Assembly (NCBI GenBank): GCA_012295275.1
Contig: CM022665.1
Coordinates: forward strand, 21,762,001 to 21,826,000
Reading direction: 5' to 3'
DNA from: Chrysomallon squamiferum
Lineage: Eukaryota > Animalia > Mollusca
DNA length: 64,000 nucleotides
Shown here: in pieces, positions 51,097 to 64,000 of the stretch
Layout of the letters: each line of letters begins with the position of its first letter
Position numbering within the stretch: the first letter of the stretch is position 1
Program-made: the position numbers and the translations under genes
Notes under the pieces: generated by a model
What the model was told of the DNA's origin: nothing
The model's input: the letters and a program-made list of their open reading frames with translations, nothing else
Database searches by the model: none

Positions 51097-52672
51097 TTAC
51101 TCATTTCTGAAACTGATGTATGAAGAAAACAAGAAGCATGGCAACAAGATCAACCCCCAAAACAGATAATTCTTTTTAAAAGCATCACAGTCAATACCAA
51201 TCCACTTATCTTTATCATGCTTCAGTCGGTTCTCTTCTTGTTGTTCTTGCTCTATTCGTTCAGTGTCCCATTCTGGTTTCCTGATACGGGCGTACGGTTC
51301 AACGCCCATCAGCCTCTTGACTTCCAGTGTTTTGGCAATTTCTGGGAGCTCGGATACAATAGGAACATTCGTGTAGGCGGATGAAGTCGGTGGATCTACT
51401 GGGTGAATTCCAATTCCGGAGCATGGCCAATGAGTAGTCATTTTCAGCTCCTCGTAAGCTTCTCGCTTTTTTTCTAAATCTTTATCAGTCGCCCAAGCTG
51501 CCGGGCCCATGCTGACAAACACGACGTACCTCCAACGACCTGGGTTCTGTCTGTCCTTTAAGGGCCGAGCATTTGCGTGTATCAGTCGTGAATCCCAGAG
51601 AACCATTCCACCTTTAGAAACCTTAATTCTTCTGGCAACACATCTTTGGTCTTTATACCACTGAAGATCCTCATCATTCAAGTGTCTGAGTCGCCAAAAC
51701 GGATCGTGTTCCTTTTCCCTTAGAGCATGTGGACTTTCCTTATAAAACTTGTCAAAAAGCTCGTGAGATCCGTCAAGAACTACGAAAGCCCAGTCGTCTT
51801 CGTCGCAATGTTCCAGGTACACGGCTCCTTGATAACAGTGAAGACCTTTGCGTTTTGGTCCTTGGTCACAGTGTAACCAGTGTTGTCCTTCCGTGTAAAA
51901 CTCTTCTTCGCCTTCTTCAGGTGGACGTCCAATGGCAACGTTATCAATGCTGGAGAGCAGTTCTTTTGTTCCCCACAATTCGTCGAACAATGGTTTTGTC
52001 TGGAGTCGAATACTCCATGTTGGCTCCATGTGGCCGGACCTGTACCATTTGATAATTCCATGTGGCGAATACGGCCATGTGCCTTCAGGGAAGTTTCTTA
52101 ACCAGTCTTCGTATTTGTGCCTTTGTCTGTCACATTCCTCCTCACTAATTACACCTTCTACTACAGTGACACCATTTTTACGAAGTTCTTCTAGATGTCT
52201 GTCTGTTATGAATCTGCTAAATGAATATATAAAAATATATATGTATATATTTTTTTAAAATGTATGTATGTATGTATATAATGTATGTATGTATTTGTGT
52301 AAATGAATGTAAATACAATTATGTATATATAACAATTAATTTAGATCGGTTATACAGATATTTATAAAAGCATGATGAAATAAAAAAAAAAAAAAAAAAA
52401 AAAAAAATTAAAACAATTAGAAGACAGTAGTAATATTTTAGAATTTAATTTCAGCTTAATTTTACATCCAGTTATATATATATACTTCAGTTAAAAATAA
52501 TTCGTTTAAATAAAATAGAAAATCTGACGCAACACTACAATTCACAAAAACAGTGTTACCAAAAATATATAAATAATTAATTTTTACCCGTCGCGCTAGT
52601 TGTTACAAAATAATTATATGTATACATTATACTTAAATATGTAAAATACAGAAAAACCAACCTGTTATCCAT
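51097..52672 (-). CDS. PhyH-like Fe(II)/2OG dioxygenase with C-terminal transmembrane anchor, ~375 aa, 2 coding exons
   Basis: Exon 1 52662-52672 (ATG GAT AAC AG|gt), exon 2 51097-52213 (FITDRHLEELRKNGVTVVEGVISEEEC...). Motifs WLHCDQ (HxD), YQGAVYL, FVVLDGSH, GGMVLWDSRLIHAN, WRYVVFV, TTHWP; C-terminal NYLFWGLILLPCFLFSSYISFRNE. Confidence 0.88.
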
Positions 52673-53154
52673 CACAAAGGTTCGGCGAAGCCTTCTGTAC
52701 ACAAGAAAATGAATCGCACAGCAGGTGCGTATGGCTTTTTATATTCAACGGTTCGGGTTTTACAAATGAGCAGTTTCGCCGAATTTTCTACTTTCAGTTT
52801 CGTTTCTGCGAATCGATATAATTTCTGCGAAATAACTAACGTAACCACTTGCGATGCTGTTGAAGAAATATATATATATATATTTTTTTTTTTAATGATT
52901 TTGTTTTTAGTTCTCTTTCTGATCTTAATTTGTTCGAGTTTATATGTGTGTGTGTCTCTTTTTTTCTTTGGTAGTAGTTTGTAATTTTAGTAGTATTGGC
53001 TATAATAATAATAGTAGTGATAGTGGTAATATACTGTAATAAATAATAACAATAAATACAACTAAAAGTAGAAATAATAGCAGTAGTAGTGTCTATAATA
53101 ATAGTAGCAGAATTAACGGTTGTATTTGTGGTAGTAGTAGTAGTAATAGTAGAA

Positions 53155-53194
<40 letters not shown>

Positions 53195-53656
53195 TATTAT
53201 TATTATTATTCATTAATGTTATTACTTTTAATACTATTACTATTATTATGTATCATGTATTATTAATATTATTATTACTATTATTAGTAGTACTACTATT
53301 ATTATTACTAGGTATTTCTATGAAAATGATGATTTAGATAAAGCAGGTCAAACCCACGCAGTCAGACTGGCACGTACTAAGTGTACGTTTTCAGATGTTT
53401 TAGATAGGGTACATTGCTAATCTGCTAGGTAAGTGACATCTCTCACCTGGGTGTGTCTCCATTCAGAGGCATGTCTTTAAAAACATCAGGTAAACTTCAA
53501 ACTCTACGGAAGACAGGATTTAAGAGGAACGGACAGTTATTTCCTTTCCAGAGTACAAACGGCTTTTCTCATTGAAAAATTTGAAATATTGGATCAGGAA
53601 TTTTTTTTTTTTTTTTTTGCCTGTGTGTAAGATTGCTTTCATAAGATATGCTTTTG

Positions 53657-53709
<53 letters not shown>

Positions 53710-55373
53710 AATAGTATATAATGTTTGAGAGAGAGGGAGATGGAGAGAGAAAAAGAGAGAAAGAAAGAGGCAAAGAGAAAAAGATAAATAAAGAAATGGA
53801 TGATAGAATTCCGACAGATCTCACTGAATGAAATAAAAATTTTAAAATGCTACATAAAATCACAAAATACCGGTTAATCAAAAATTTAAAAAAAACATTT
53901 ACTGTTATTAATTCACATTACAGGAGTCAAACTTTAAAATTCTTTACTTTGACAAGCAGAATAAATATAATCTTAGTATATGAAATAGTGAAGGAGAGTA
54001 CTGGATGTTAGCTCAGTGCATCAGTCAGAGAGGAGAACGAAAAATATTCACATGAAAACCAACTTGAAACTTGTTTTAGCAATTTTAAATCACCACAAGT
54101 TCACACATTTTGTGTTATTTTTGTACATCCTGAATACATTATTTCATTATATGTAAGTATATTATTTTGCGAAGTTAGTGGTTTTATTAAGGATATATTT
54201 TAGCTAATTTTATTATCTTTTAATCAGACAGAATTTTGTGGGGGTTTTTTGTACTTTTAATTTATTGACCTGTCTAAATATAAACTGTATTCTGAACTGA
54301 GATAAAAGAAAGATTAGTGTGCACTCGATGTGTCGATGATACGCAGAGAAATATCTGAAATATGTCTCAGTATTCTCTTAAAGTATGTCTGCGAATCCTC
54401 TGTGTTTAGTTCACATCCGACTGATACTGAAAATTTCCTCAAATTTTTTTTCTTCTTCTTCTTCTTCTTTCTTTATTTAAAGATAGTTTTTAACTATATT
54501 AATAACCCAGCTCTACTCACCGACAAATTAAACATGTATTTTCTATTTCAGAGCAATTTGTGTTGTCTTTTTTCTATTTTTTTCAGTCGCCCTTTCACCA
54601 CTTCTGTCTGTCTATTCCTTCCCATCTCCCTGTATTTTAATATGTCGGTCTCTCTCTCTAACTTCCTCACCCTCTTTCTTTGTGTCTCTGTCCCTTTTTT
54701 TCTCTCTCCAAAGATCATCATCGAAGTATTTGCCCGTTGTTGTTGTTTTGTTGTTGTTGTTTTTTTTTTTGTTTTTTTATTGTTTCTTTTTAATTACCCT
54801 AGATATCTTTAATTTTAAATCTGTTTTATAAAACAGAACCTTAAAAACGAACAGATGAAGATTTAATGTTAAATTAACATTGTAAAACTATCCTTTAAAG
54901 ATGTCTAGCGAACCTTATCTTACAGATTCTTCCGATTTTGGATATTTCCTGCTTTTTCAAAGCCATACACGTACAAGACAATGATGATTATTGTTAAATC
55001 TGGTCTTTGGATTTCAGAGAGCGGATTTAAAATGTAACTACTTCTTTTATCGCTGGATTTAAAGCGTACAAAATCTGGTCGGATGAAATGAACTTCCTTC
55101 ATGAAAGACAACAGACGACTCGGGCAACTTTGGGGAAATCCGAATCAAAGCTGACATTACACGTTCCAGTCTTCGCATCGGTATGTAAAACATAACTCAG
55201 ACGCAGTTTATTTAAAACGCTAGGCATGCAGTTAACTCACACTGTAAATAAAAATTTCTCCTAGACAGACGACCATCAGAAACAACGTGCTCATTAACCA
55301 GCGAGAACAAAGTCAAATAGCAAAAGTCAACACTTATTTATTGGCGTCTGTTAGCGAATCGTCATTTTCTAAA

Positions 55374-55616
55374 ATGGTCGTTGGTGTGTCTTCGTCTGTT
55401 GTTGTTGTAACGTCTGTAGTTTCCACGCTGTGTTTAGGGATTGGACTTATTGTGGGATACCTTCTCAGACCCGAATTCACCTGGAATGGCCAAAATGGAC
55501 TGGAAAGAATCAAAAACAAAACTTTAGCCCGAATGTTTGACATGTGTGGTGATGCAGCAAGACAAGAACCAGAGATAGAAAGGTAGTTGTAAGAATGTTC
55601 AACGCAACACTATAAT

Positions 55617-55674
<58 letters not shown>

Positions 55675-56751
55675 GTAATAATAATAATAATAGTAATAAT
55701 AATAATAGTAATAATAATAATAATAATAATATACTTAGATGGTTTATTATGGATTCATTTAATACTGGATATTGGAAATAGCCTTTTTTGAAACAAAACC
55801 AAGTATGAACTTTTAGATAACAGGCACTTTTATACTGTGTATCAGTTTATAATGGAAGAAAAAGTTCCGTTGTATCACTGCAGTTTTATTATTACTATAA
55901 TTACTTTTTACAAGATATCATTAAGGCTGAACAGTTAAAAGATAATCTTTTGATATTTACTGTCTTCATTTCTGTTTCAATCTTCATCGTTGTCTTAAAA
56001 GATTACTGTAATTTTCAATGTGCCTCTGTCTAATTAAATATTAAATTTGATAATTAAGTGAGATTTTATTTTTAATAATATATGTAAATTATCATGACAG
56101 TAATTACACTCATTAAAATATAAAACACCAACGTATTACAAGAAATAACTTTGTATACATAATTATGTTTAAACTTCAGATATGCTTAATTTAAAAATGT
56201 AAGTCTATTACTATTTTATTATGCATAGAAATTATATGTATACACATAACTGTAATGAAATACAATATGCTCCTTTAATTATTAACTATAACCTAACACA
56301 AACGCACTCAAGCACACACATAAACAATTGAAATGATTAACTGACTCTGCGGTGACCTTTACGTAAGGATTTATCTTTTACGTCACTTCGTAGCTCGGAA
56401 AACTTTTTCATCCATGCGTAAACCATCGCCTTTTGTTTGCCGATCGCGCGGCTGTTACGTGATGTTGACAAGATACCTGAATAAGCTATGTTAGAATTTG
56501 GGAGAAAGCAAAAAACAAAAAACAATGAGACTGAATTTTCGCTTTATTTTTTTGCTGAATAATAGTATGTAGTTTCACTTTCAGCTTTTGGATTTGCAAT
56601 TAGCTTTTACACACAGCTATGTGAATATAAATTAGCTTTCAGTTTCAAAGTTCAGTTTTAATATTCTTTCAGTTACAGTTTTGGTTGTACAAACAGTCTG
56701 CCTAAATACCTTATATATACTTCTATATATATACATGTTGTTGTTTTGTCC

Positions 56752-56819
<68 letters not shown>

Positions 56820-59800
56820 AGAGAGAGAATTCATGACGATATTTGAAGATCTTCGGATTTAGTTCCAGTGTGTCAGAAAAAAAATTAAAATTGTTTGGGT
56901 ATAAATCTACTATAACAGATAAAATATAATACTTGTGGGAGTATTTCACGGGGCAAAGCGTTAAGAGGTGTTACCTTTCAAGTGCTAACGAACCTATTAA
57001 AATATGACTCGTTTCTTGTCTAGGGTTTGCGCCTTTGGTCGACCCGCTGTCTGTGTAATTAACAAACTGTGACGATTGATTAAAATAGATACACATATTT
57101 GCATGTACTACAGATATAAACTATATATAATACCAAGTATCCACTATGAACACCAGAACAAAACACAATATTTATATTACAAAGATAATTATTTATTTTA
57201 CACATGTATACTTATTATATAGTGGTTGAGGATGCAAGAGTTGGCGTTAAATGAAATATGACAATTCTTAATTCTTTTAATTTTCCCTAACAGGTTTTGT
57301 TATAAATATTCATAATTCAAACTCTCTATGGAGCATATACAGGTTACATCAAACTGATCAACAAATCAAACAGAGCCTACAGAAACAGGATAACCATTTG
57401 TCCCTGCTTCCGACTTAAACAAAGATAACGCAAAATATAATTACCAACATAATTGTCTAATAATGGCCGCCAACTATTTGTTCTTTGTGGTCTCTTGTCA
57501 TCTCTGGGCTCTTCTGTCTTTTATTTAAATAAACACTTCCCTGAAGTCAGCAGAGCGGAGCTGACAAAAATTCCTTTTGTCTCTTGCTAATGATCGTTAA
57601 TTGTTAATGGTTTTAAATAATTTTGTTTGTTCATCAAAAACACACGTTAAACACACATATATGAAACATAACATGTTCATGTTTAGATTTCTGGTGAAAA
57701 ATGAATTCAAAGCCTGCACGGCCTACACATGCAGCATACCATTTCCAAACACCTACATCGTGTACCACCTCAGAGACGATGTCATCAACGTGGACGGCAA
57801 ACTGGACGAAAAGGCTTGGACTGACGTTGGATGGAGCGAATCTTTTGTAGGTGTGTAGCTGAAACCACGCAGTTAACACAACACTGAAACGACTGTTCTG
57901 GATGAAAAATTACAAAATTAAATTAGTCTGCACGTTATGTTCATAAAGAGACAATGCTTGACCAAATGTAAATGAATGAATGAATTATAGATTGGTTGGA
58001 TGGCTGAATGATTTGATAAATTACGGAATGGATGAATGAATTATGGGTGGGATGGATGGGTAAAGGAATGAAAGAACAAATAAATGAATATTTAATGGTA
58101 TCTCAAAAGAAAGAATTATATTGACTGTTGGACGTTACTTGCAAATATAATTACGATTAAACTGGTATGTAACTATACATTACGCATTCAAAACGAGAAG
58201 TATTTAAAATTAACCAACAGTCACGTCAAACACAACTGAGTGTCAGTAAATAAACATTATTTTCACTTTATTATTTAATTATATATTCAGACATACGAGG
58301 GGCAGGTCATGCCAGACCTCACTTTGATACCAGGTTTAAACTTAGATGGGACAATACATATCTGTATGTGGGAGCCTATTTAGAAGAAACTGGAGTGTGG
58401 GCGAATAGAACATTACATGATACCACTGGTAAGATACGCCACGTATTTCAATTTTAATATACATACATTTAAATGAGATGTATACATATATTTTGGTATA
58501 GTGATTTATTTTCATTTTCTTCTTTGAGTTTTTGTTTTTTTTCTTCCCCCCCCCGATATTTTGATAATTTTATGCTCTTGCTTTTGTTTTGCTGCTTTTT
58601 ATTTTATTATTTCATCTTTTAATTTTATTATTATTATTATTTTTATTTTAGTCTATTTATTTATTTATTTATTTTTCTTTAAATAATCATCTTTGTTATC
58701 ATTCTCGATTTCTGTTATTTTAATTATTATATAATCATAAAGAATATTTAATACACTGGGACCATTTCTCTCGATAAAATATTCTTCACTTTTTATTTTG
58801 TGATCCTTACTAAGACACTAATGTAATCTTTCAAAGGTATGCACATATTATTTTCCGTTTGCAAACAATACCGTTCACTGATACTGACACTAATCCTAAC
58901 GAATGTTTTCTTTCAGTGTATCAGGATAATGCATTTCAGGTGCGTAATGGTCATGTGGTTTTATATTACTGAACTACAACTAAACGATGAAAATTAAGAA
59001 ATAGAAACAATAAAAATGTGTCAAAAACAACATTATAAAAGAAAGAAAGAAAGAAAAAGGAAAACAAAACAAAATAACCTTTTTGTGTGTGTGTGTGTGT
59101 GTTTTATTATTTTAAATTTAATTTTATGCTAAAAGTAGTTTTATCTACTTACTTGTTGTTGTTGTTTTTTTGTCTTTATTATTATTATTATTATTATTAT
59201 TGTTACTGTCGTATAAAAACAACTATAAAAACAATAATGTTTATGCTTTTTGTTATAAGGTTTTGTTTGATCTTCAGCAAAGTAACTCAAAGTAAGTATA
59301 ATACAAAATATTGAATTTGCTGGGGGTTTTTTATTTACAAAATATCTCTAGTCTTAAATATAATTTTAAAAGTTTCGTTTTAATTTAATAAATAAATAAA
59401 TAAATTAATTAATTAATAATTTCTGATCAGAAAAAAAGATCTTACCTTGTCTACACCAATATCTTCATCACGATAATCATTATTACCTTATTCATCATCA
59501 TCATCATTACCGACATTTTATCATCATTATCATCAATTTTAAAACTGACTTTCAGGTACAAAGAAATAACAATAAATGCATTGGGGACGGTAGCAGATAT
59601 GATGCTAACACGGGTAAATACGTAACTATTCAAACGGTATTTATTATTACTTATTTGTCTGACTGTCTGTCTGTTTTTCTTTCTGTCTATCTATCTATCT
59701 ACCTATCTACCTATTTATTTTTATTTATTTTTTTTTTTTTCTTTAAAGAAAAAATAAGGAAATATCAGAAGTGTGGCTGTAAAAATTAATACAAATTTTT

Positions 59801-60819
59801 TATATTTCATTATTTTATTATTTTCAGAGGCTTAACAAGGTATTTTATCCCTTCACAGCTTTTAAGTGTACCTTTTTGTGTTACGGAGAAATAATCTAAA
59901 ATACAGTCTTCATACTTCTACGTCACAAACAAACTAAAATAAATATTTTAATTAATTAATTAAATACCTACATATTATGCAAAACATTTTTGGTTTTATT
60001 CGAAGATATGAAAAAATACTTTCAAAATGATTGCTGTTCTTATAGCTATTTTGGAATAAGAAAATTGTCCATGGTTTATCTACTTCCCCCCCCCCCCACC
60101 TTTTCTGTCGTTAACATAAGCAACAATTTTATTTTAATATAAAATTAATATAGTTACATATTGCTGCTATTATTATTGTTGTTGTTGTTGTTATTAAAAG
60201 CAATTTTATTATCACACCATTAGAATAAGAAATCTGAGTACTTCTAAATTATTTTTTCTGCTATGGCTTAAATGATGTAAAAGGATACAAGGCTATATTA
60301 AAATACACAGCAAGTTCAAACAAATATGGGTTTCTGATAATTTCATCATTAGGAAACAATAATATATGTTATCAGTCTATTATCGTTCTAGCAGTATTTT
60401 AACATTACTTAAATCAACTTTAATGATTAATAAAAATTGAAAGACAGATATTTAAGACAACTCGAATAAGAGAAAAAAATAGGAAAACAAATTAAAATAA
60501 AATAATAATACAATACTGAAATAAAAACGTTCACATGACGAATACATATATATCATTTTTTTAAATTTTTTTTATTCTTATTACAAATATTAATTTAATT
60601 ATCTCAGTTAATTAAACTCTGCGTGTGCTTTTTAGTGCACATATATTGGCAGGAGTTAGTCTTGTTTATCCCTTTACCAGTATTTCTCTTTCAATATTTA
60701 TTTATTTATTTATTTATCAAAAATTGTCGATTAATTGTGCTAATAAGATTTTAATATCAATTTAGTTACTGGAATAAATAAAAAAATTCTACTCCAAAAT
60801 ATAACGAAGGGCGAAAGCA

Positions 60820-60864
<45 letters not shown>

Positions 60865-61423
60865 AGCCATATATGGATGATGGAGAACCTTTAAGTTTTT
60901 GGGAAAGTGATGGTAAAAAGGTGGTTTATGTTGACGGACCTGTAAACAACCCGGCAAGGCCAAGTAAGTATTCAAACAGAAAAAGAAAAAGAAAGGGAAG
61001 GGAAATAACTGTATTTAGGTTAAAGTTCTTTACCGAAAGAGTTTCGATTTCTTAAATTTTAATGAATAAAATGTAACAAATATGGATATATTAATATTTA
61101 CTCATTCACTGCTACCAATAATAATAATAATAATTAATTAATCAATCAATCCATCAATCAAACATATATTATGTATAATTCTGTTACAGATAGATTTTGG
61201 ATAGTTGAAATGGCTTTACCTTTTGAAAACCTTTACGAAGGTATTAAAAGACAGAAAAAGGTTCCATACGAGCGTGAAACGTGGAGAGCTAATTTCGTTA
61301 GACCTGAATGGATGACCGAAGTTGCTGGAGGAAAATACCAAAAAGTATAACTGTTTGTTGTTTCTTCTTCTTTTTTAATTTTTATTTACTTATTTATTTA
61401 TTATTGTTATTCTCCTTCTTCTT

Positions 61424-61454
<31 letters not shown>

Positions 61455-61710
61455 TTATTATTATTATTATTATTATTGTGTTCTATACAAAAGCAATACA
61501 TCAACTAAATATAATTTAAAAATTACTAATAATTAATACCAAATATTGATAAAGGAACCACGTTATTATAATTTTCAAAAGTGTATTTCCAAACATATTT
61601 GTATATTGCAAGAGACTGGACAAAGAGGCAGAATGGTGGGTGTGGACATCTCCCGGTGTTTTAAATATACATTTACCTGACAGGTGAGATTAATATAATT
61701 TTCAAAATAA

Positions 61711-61751
<41 letters not shown>

Positions 61752-62571
61752 ACAACAACAACAACAACACCAACAGCAATAACTTTAAATGAATAAATAA
61801 ATAAATAAATATTGTAAGGGAGACTTGTAACTGTTTTGTTAACTTTAGGATTTAGGTTTTTATATATTTATGATATATTTATATATTATTAACACATTTG
61901 TATTACTAAATTAATTCAAATACTTACAACCTTCAAAATTAACACAGACTTACGATTTTAGTGCACTCACCACTATATTGATTATTTTACCAATAATTTC
62001 TGATATGTTGATGTTTATTTCTATAATCTGCAGGTGGGGATTAATACAGTTTCGTGACACTATTATTAACAGTACGTTGTTCCACCCAGATCATGAATGG
62101 CTCACGAGAAACGCTCTGCTTGAAATATACCGAGCAGAAAAGGTTTGTTCAGTAACGCTTAGATTTTAATCTTATGTGGATCTTTCTCTCTCTTTCTCTC
62201 ACATATATATTCATACTTAAAGGCACACATATAATGCACTCAAACACACATTATATAGATAATAATAATAATAATAATAATAAGTTATATTAAGCTGTTT
62301 GTCAGTTAATATTGCATAAATATTTTACTTTACATAAACAAACAAAAAACAGGCCTACAGAGCCGTATTTGGTCGCTACACAGACAAGATTAGCAACCTT
62401 GACCTTCCTCCCTACGTACTATCCTCGTTGTGCATTAAAGATGTCAGTATCAAAATGGACTGGACAGGATTCGTTGCTACTGTCGTGACAATGGACGACG
62501 CTGTTGAAGAAGGGCACATTCGCACGGACAGACTGTTGTGGATGGGAGATAACCCCGGAGAAGTTTATTAA
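55374..62571 (+). CDS. Type II membrane protein with carbohydrate-binding family 9-like (CBM9/DOMON-like) domain, ~424 aa, 11 exons
   Basis: Exons 55374-55582, 57687-57850, 58291-58428, 58917-58939, 59260-59291, 59556-59613, 60867-60963, 61190-61344, 61613-61683, 62034-62142, 62353-62571; all GT-AG, phases consistent, total 1275 nt. Motifs INVDGKLDEKAW...WSESFVDIRG, TRFKLRWDNTYLYVGAYLEE..VWA, YQDNAFQV, YKEITINALGTV.D, WIVEMALPF, WRANF.R.EW, WWVWTSPG..NIHLPDRWG; N-terminal signal-anchor. Confidence 0.88.
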
Positions 62572-62857
62572 CGTGTTTATTTAGAAACATGAAAACTGTC
62601 TGAAACAAAGATAATGGCTTCCTGAATAAAACAGTATATTTTGGTAGTTAAAAATGTTTATAATAGAAATTTAACTTTTTTTTTCTTTTTTTTTTTAAAT
62701 TTTATTTCTAAATAAATATTGTGATATTGTTTTTGTTTCTGATTAATTAATTAATTAATTAATAATAATAATAATAATAATAAATAATAATAATAATAAA
62801 TAATAATAATATAAATGATACAGTGCTTTCTAAAATGAAAACTATGTTTGATTAAAA

Positions 62858-62888
<31 letters not shown>

Positions 62889-63357
62889 TTTCTTATAATA
62901 CACTTAACGGCCAACTGATTATGCATACTATATTAGTATGTAAAATGTTTCAAATTACTAGAAATAAGCGGTTTACGTTGAAGTGCGTTTCTGTTGAAGT
63001 TTTTCGTACATCTAGACACTCGAATATAACTCTACACAAATCTTTCATTTCATCATGATGTGATTAGAAATCAATTCATTCTAATGCGATATAGGACATT
63101 ATAGACAAAATCTGTATTATTAAAATAAAATTTAAAATTTGGTAAAATAGTAAGTATATAATATTTATATTATTAGTAAAGGAAAATATTTTATTTCTGT
63201 AAATATTGAAAAATACGTCAGTTTTATTTCTGTCTGTAATATTGACATTTCAGTTAATAATATTAATTTTTTTAAATAATTTTTTATTTTTTAACCAGTA
63301 GTAAAATTATTTCATTTAGTTTTTTATGCCAAAGAGCATATTTGAAAATGTTGAATG

Positions 63358-63389
<32 letters not shown>

Positions 63390-64000
63390 ATAATAATAAT
63401 AATAATATTTACGTATCTGTTTTGTGAATTGTGTAGTTACTTCATATTTTCTATTTTATTTCAGGCACACTATTTATTAAACGAAATTATATGTAAATTA
63501 AGGTTATATAAAACTGGATGTCTAATTATGCTATACATAAATTCTAAAATATTACTTTTGCCTTCGAAAGGTAAAATTTTCTATATATTTGATATATACT
63601 GTTGTATAAAGTATGAATGCTTTTGTTTAGTGTTCTGTTGGCTGTGTTAAATTTATGTTATATTTGCATAATGCATTTTAATATTGTTAATTATTATTAA
63701 TAATAATTATTTATAATGATAATATGTATTAACATTTTGGAATAAAAATTTCGTGCTAATACTTGGCTTGCTGTACTGTATTGGTAATAAGATTGAAGGA
63801 GAACGATATTGTGAACATTTTTGACTTGTCATTATATATCGATTGTCTCCCTTTACTTACTACATCAAGTTTTTAATCGGCCGTAATATAGTTCTGTAAT
63901 CTGTGAACTGAGATCTGTAGAGTTTTGGGGATGAGGCAGAAGGATATATAGTTTATGGAAATTTTAATTTTGTTGTTTTTGAAACAATTATATGAATTTT

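Noticed and set aside
51729-52258. Plus-strand ORFs overlapping the second dioxygenase
   Set aside because: Antisense shadows of a real coding exon.
54003-54040. tRNA/SINE-like A box (gttagctcagtg)
   Set aside because: No B box or cloverleaf follows.

Overview
AT-rich, microsatellite-laden eukaryotic genomic DNA with GT-AG spliceosomal genes; the gene content (Pif-type LamG protein, C2H2 relics, pogo/hAT/LINE debris) points to a mollusc, probably a gastropod (inference). By hand-splicing I can reconstruct six protein-coding genes, most of which the ORF track fragments: (1) an Ig-TSP1-TM receptor (-, runs off the left edge), (2) a Pif/BMSP-type laminin-G-like gene (+, 6.5-9.0 kb), (3) a 9-coding-exon PhyH-family Fe(II)/2OG dioxygenase (-, 27.2-32.0 kb) with an orphan duplicate of its first coding exon and an inverted intronic copy of part of exon 5, (4) a single-exon LRR-FN3-TM receptor (-, 42.0-44.4 kb), (5) a second, unrelated, nearly intronless tail-anchored PhyH-like dioxygenase (-, 51.1-52.7 kb), and (6) an 11-exon type-II membrane protein with a bacterial-style CBM9-like (DOMON) domain (+, 55.4-62.6 kb). 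The 9.4-24.5 kb and 35-38.5 kb intervals are transposon/pseudogene graveyards (pogo element with TIRs, nested LINE, hAT element with TSD, C2H2 relics inside a long diverged inverted repeat, a spliced SAMD3-like relic). No rRNA, tRNA or CRISPR is supported. All family assignments are from motif recognition, not database searches.
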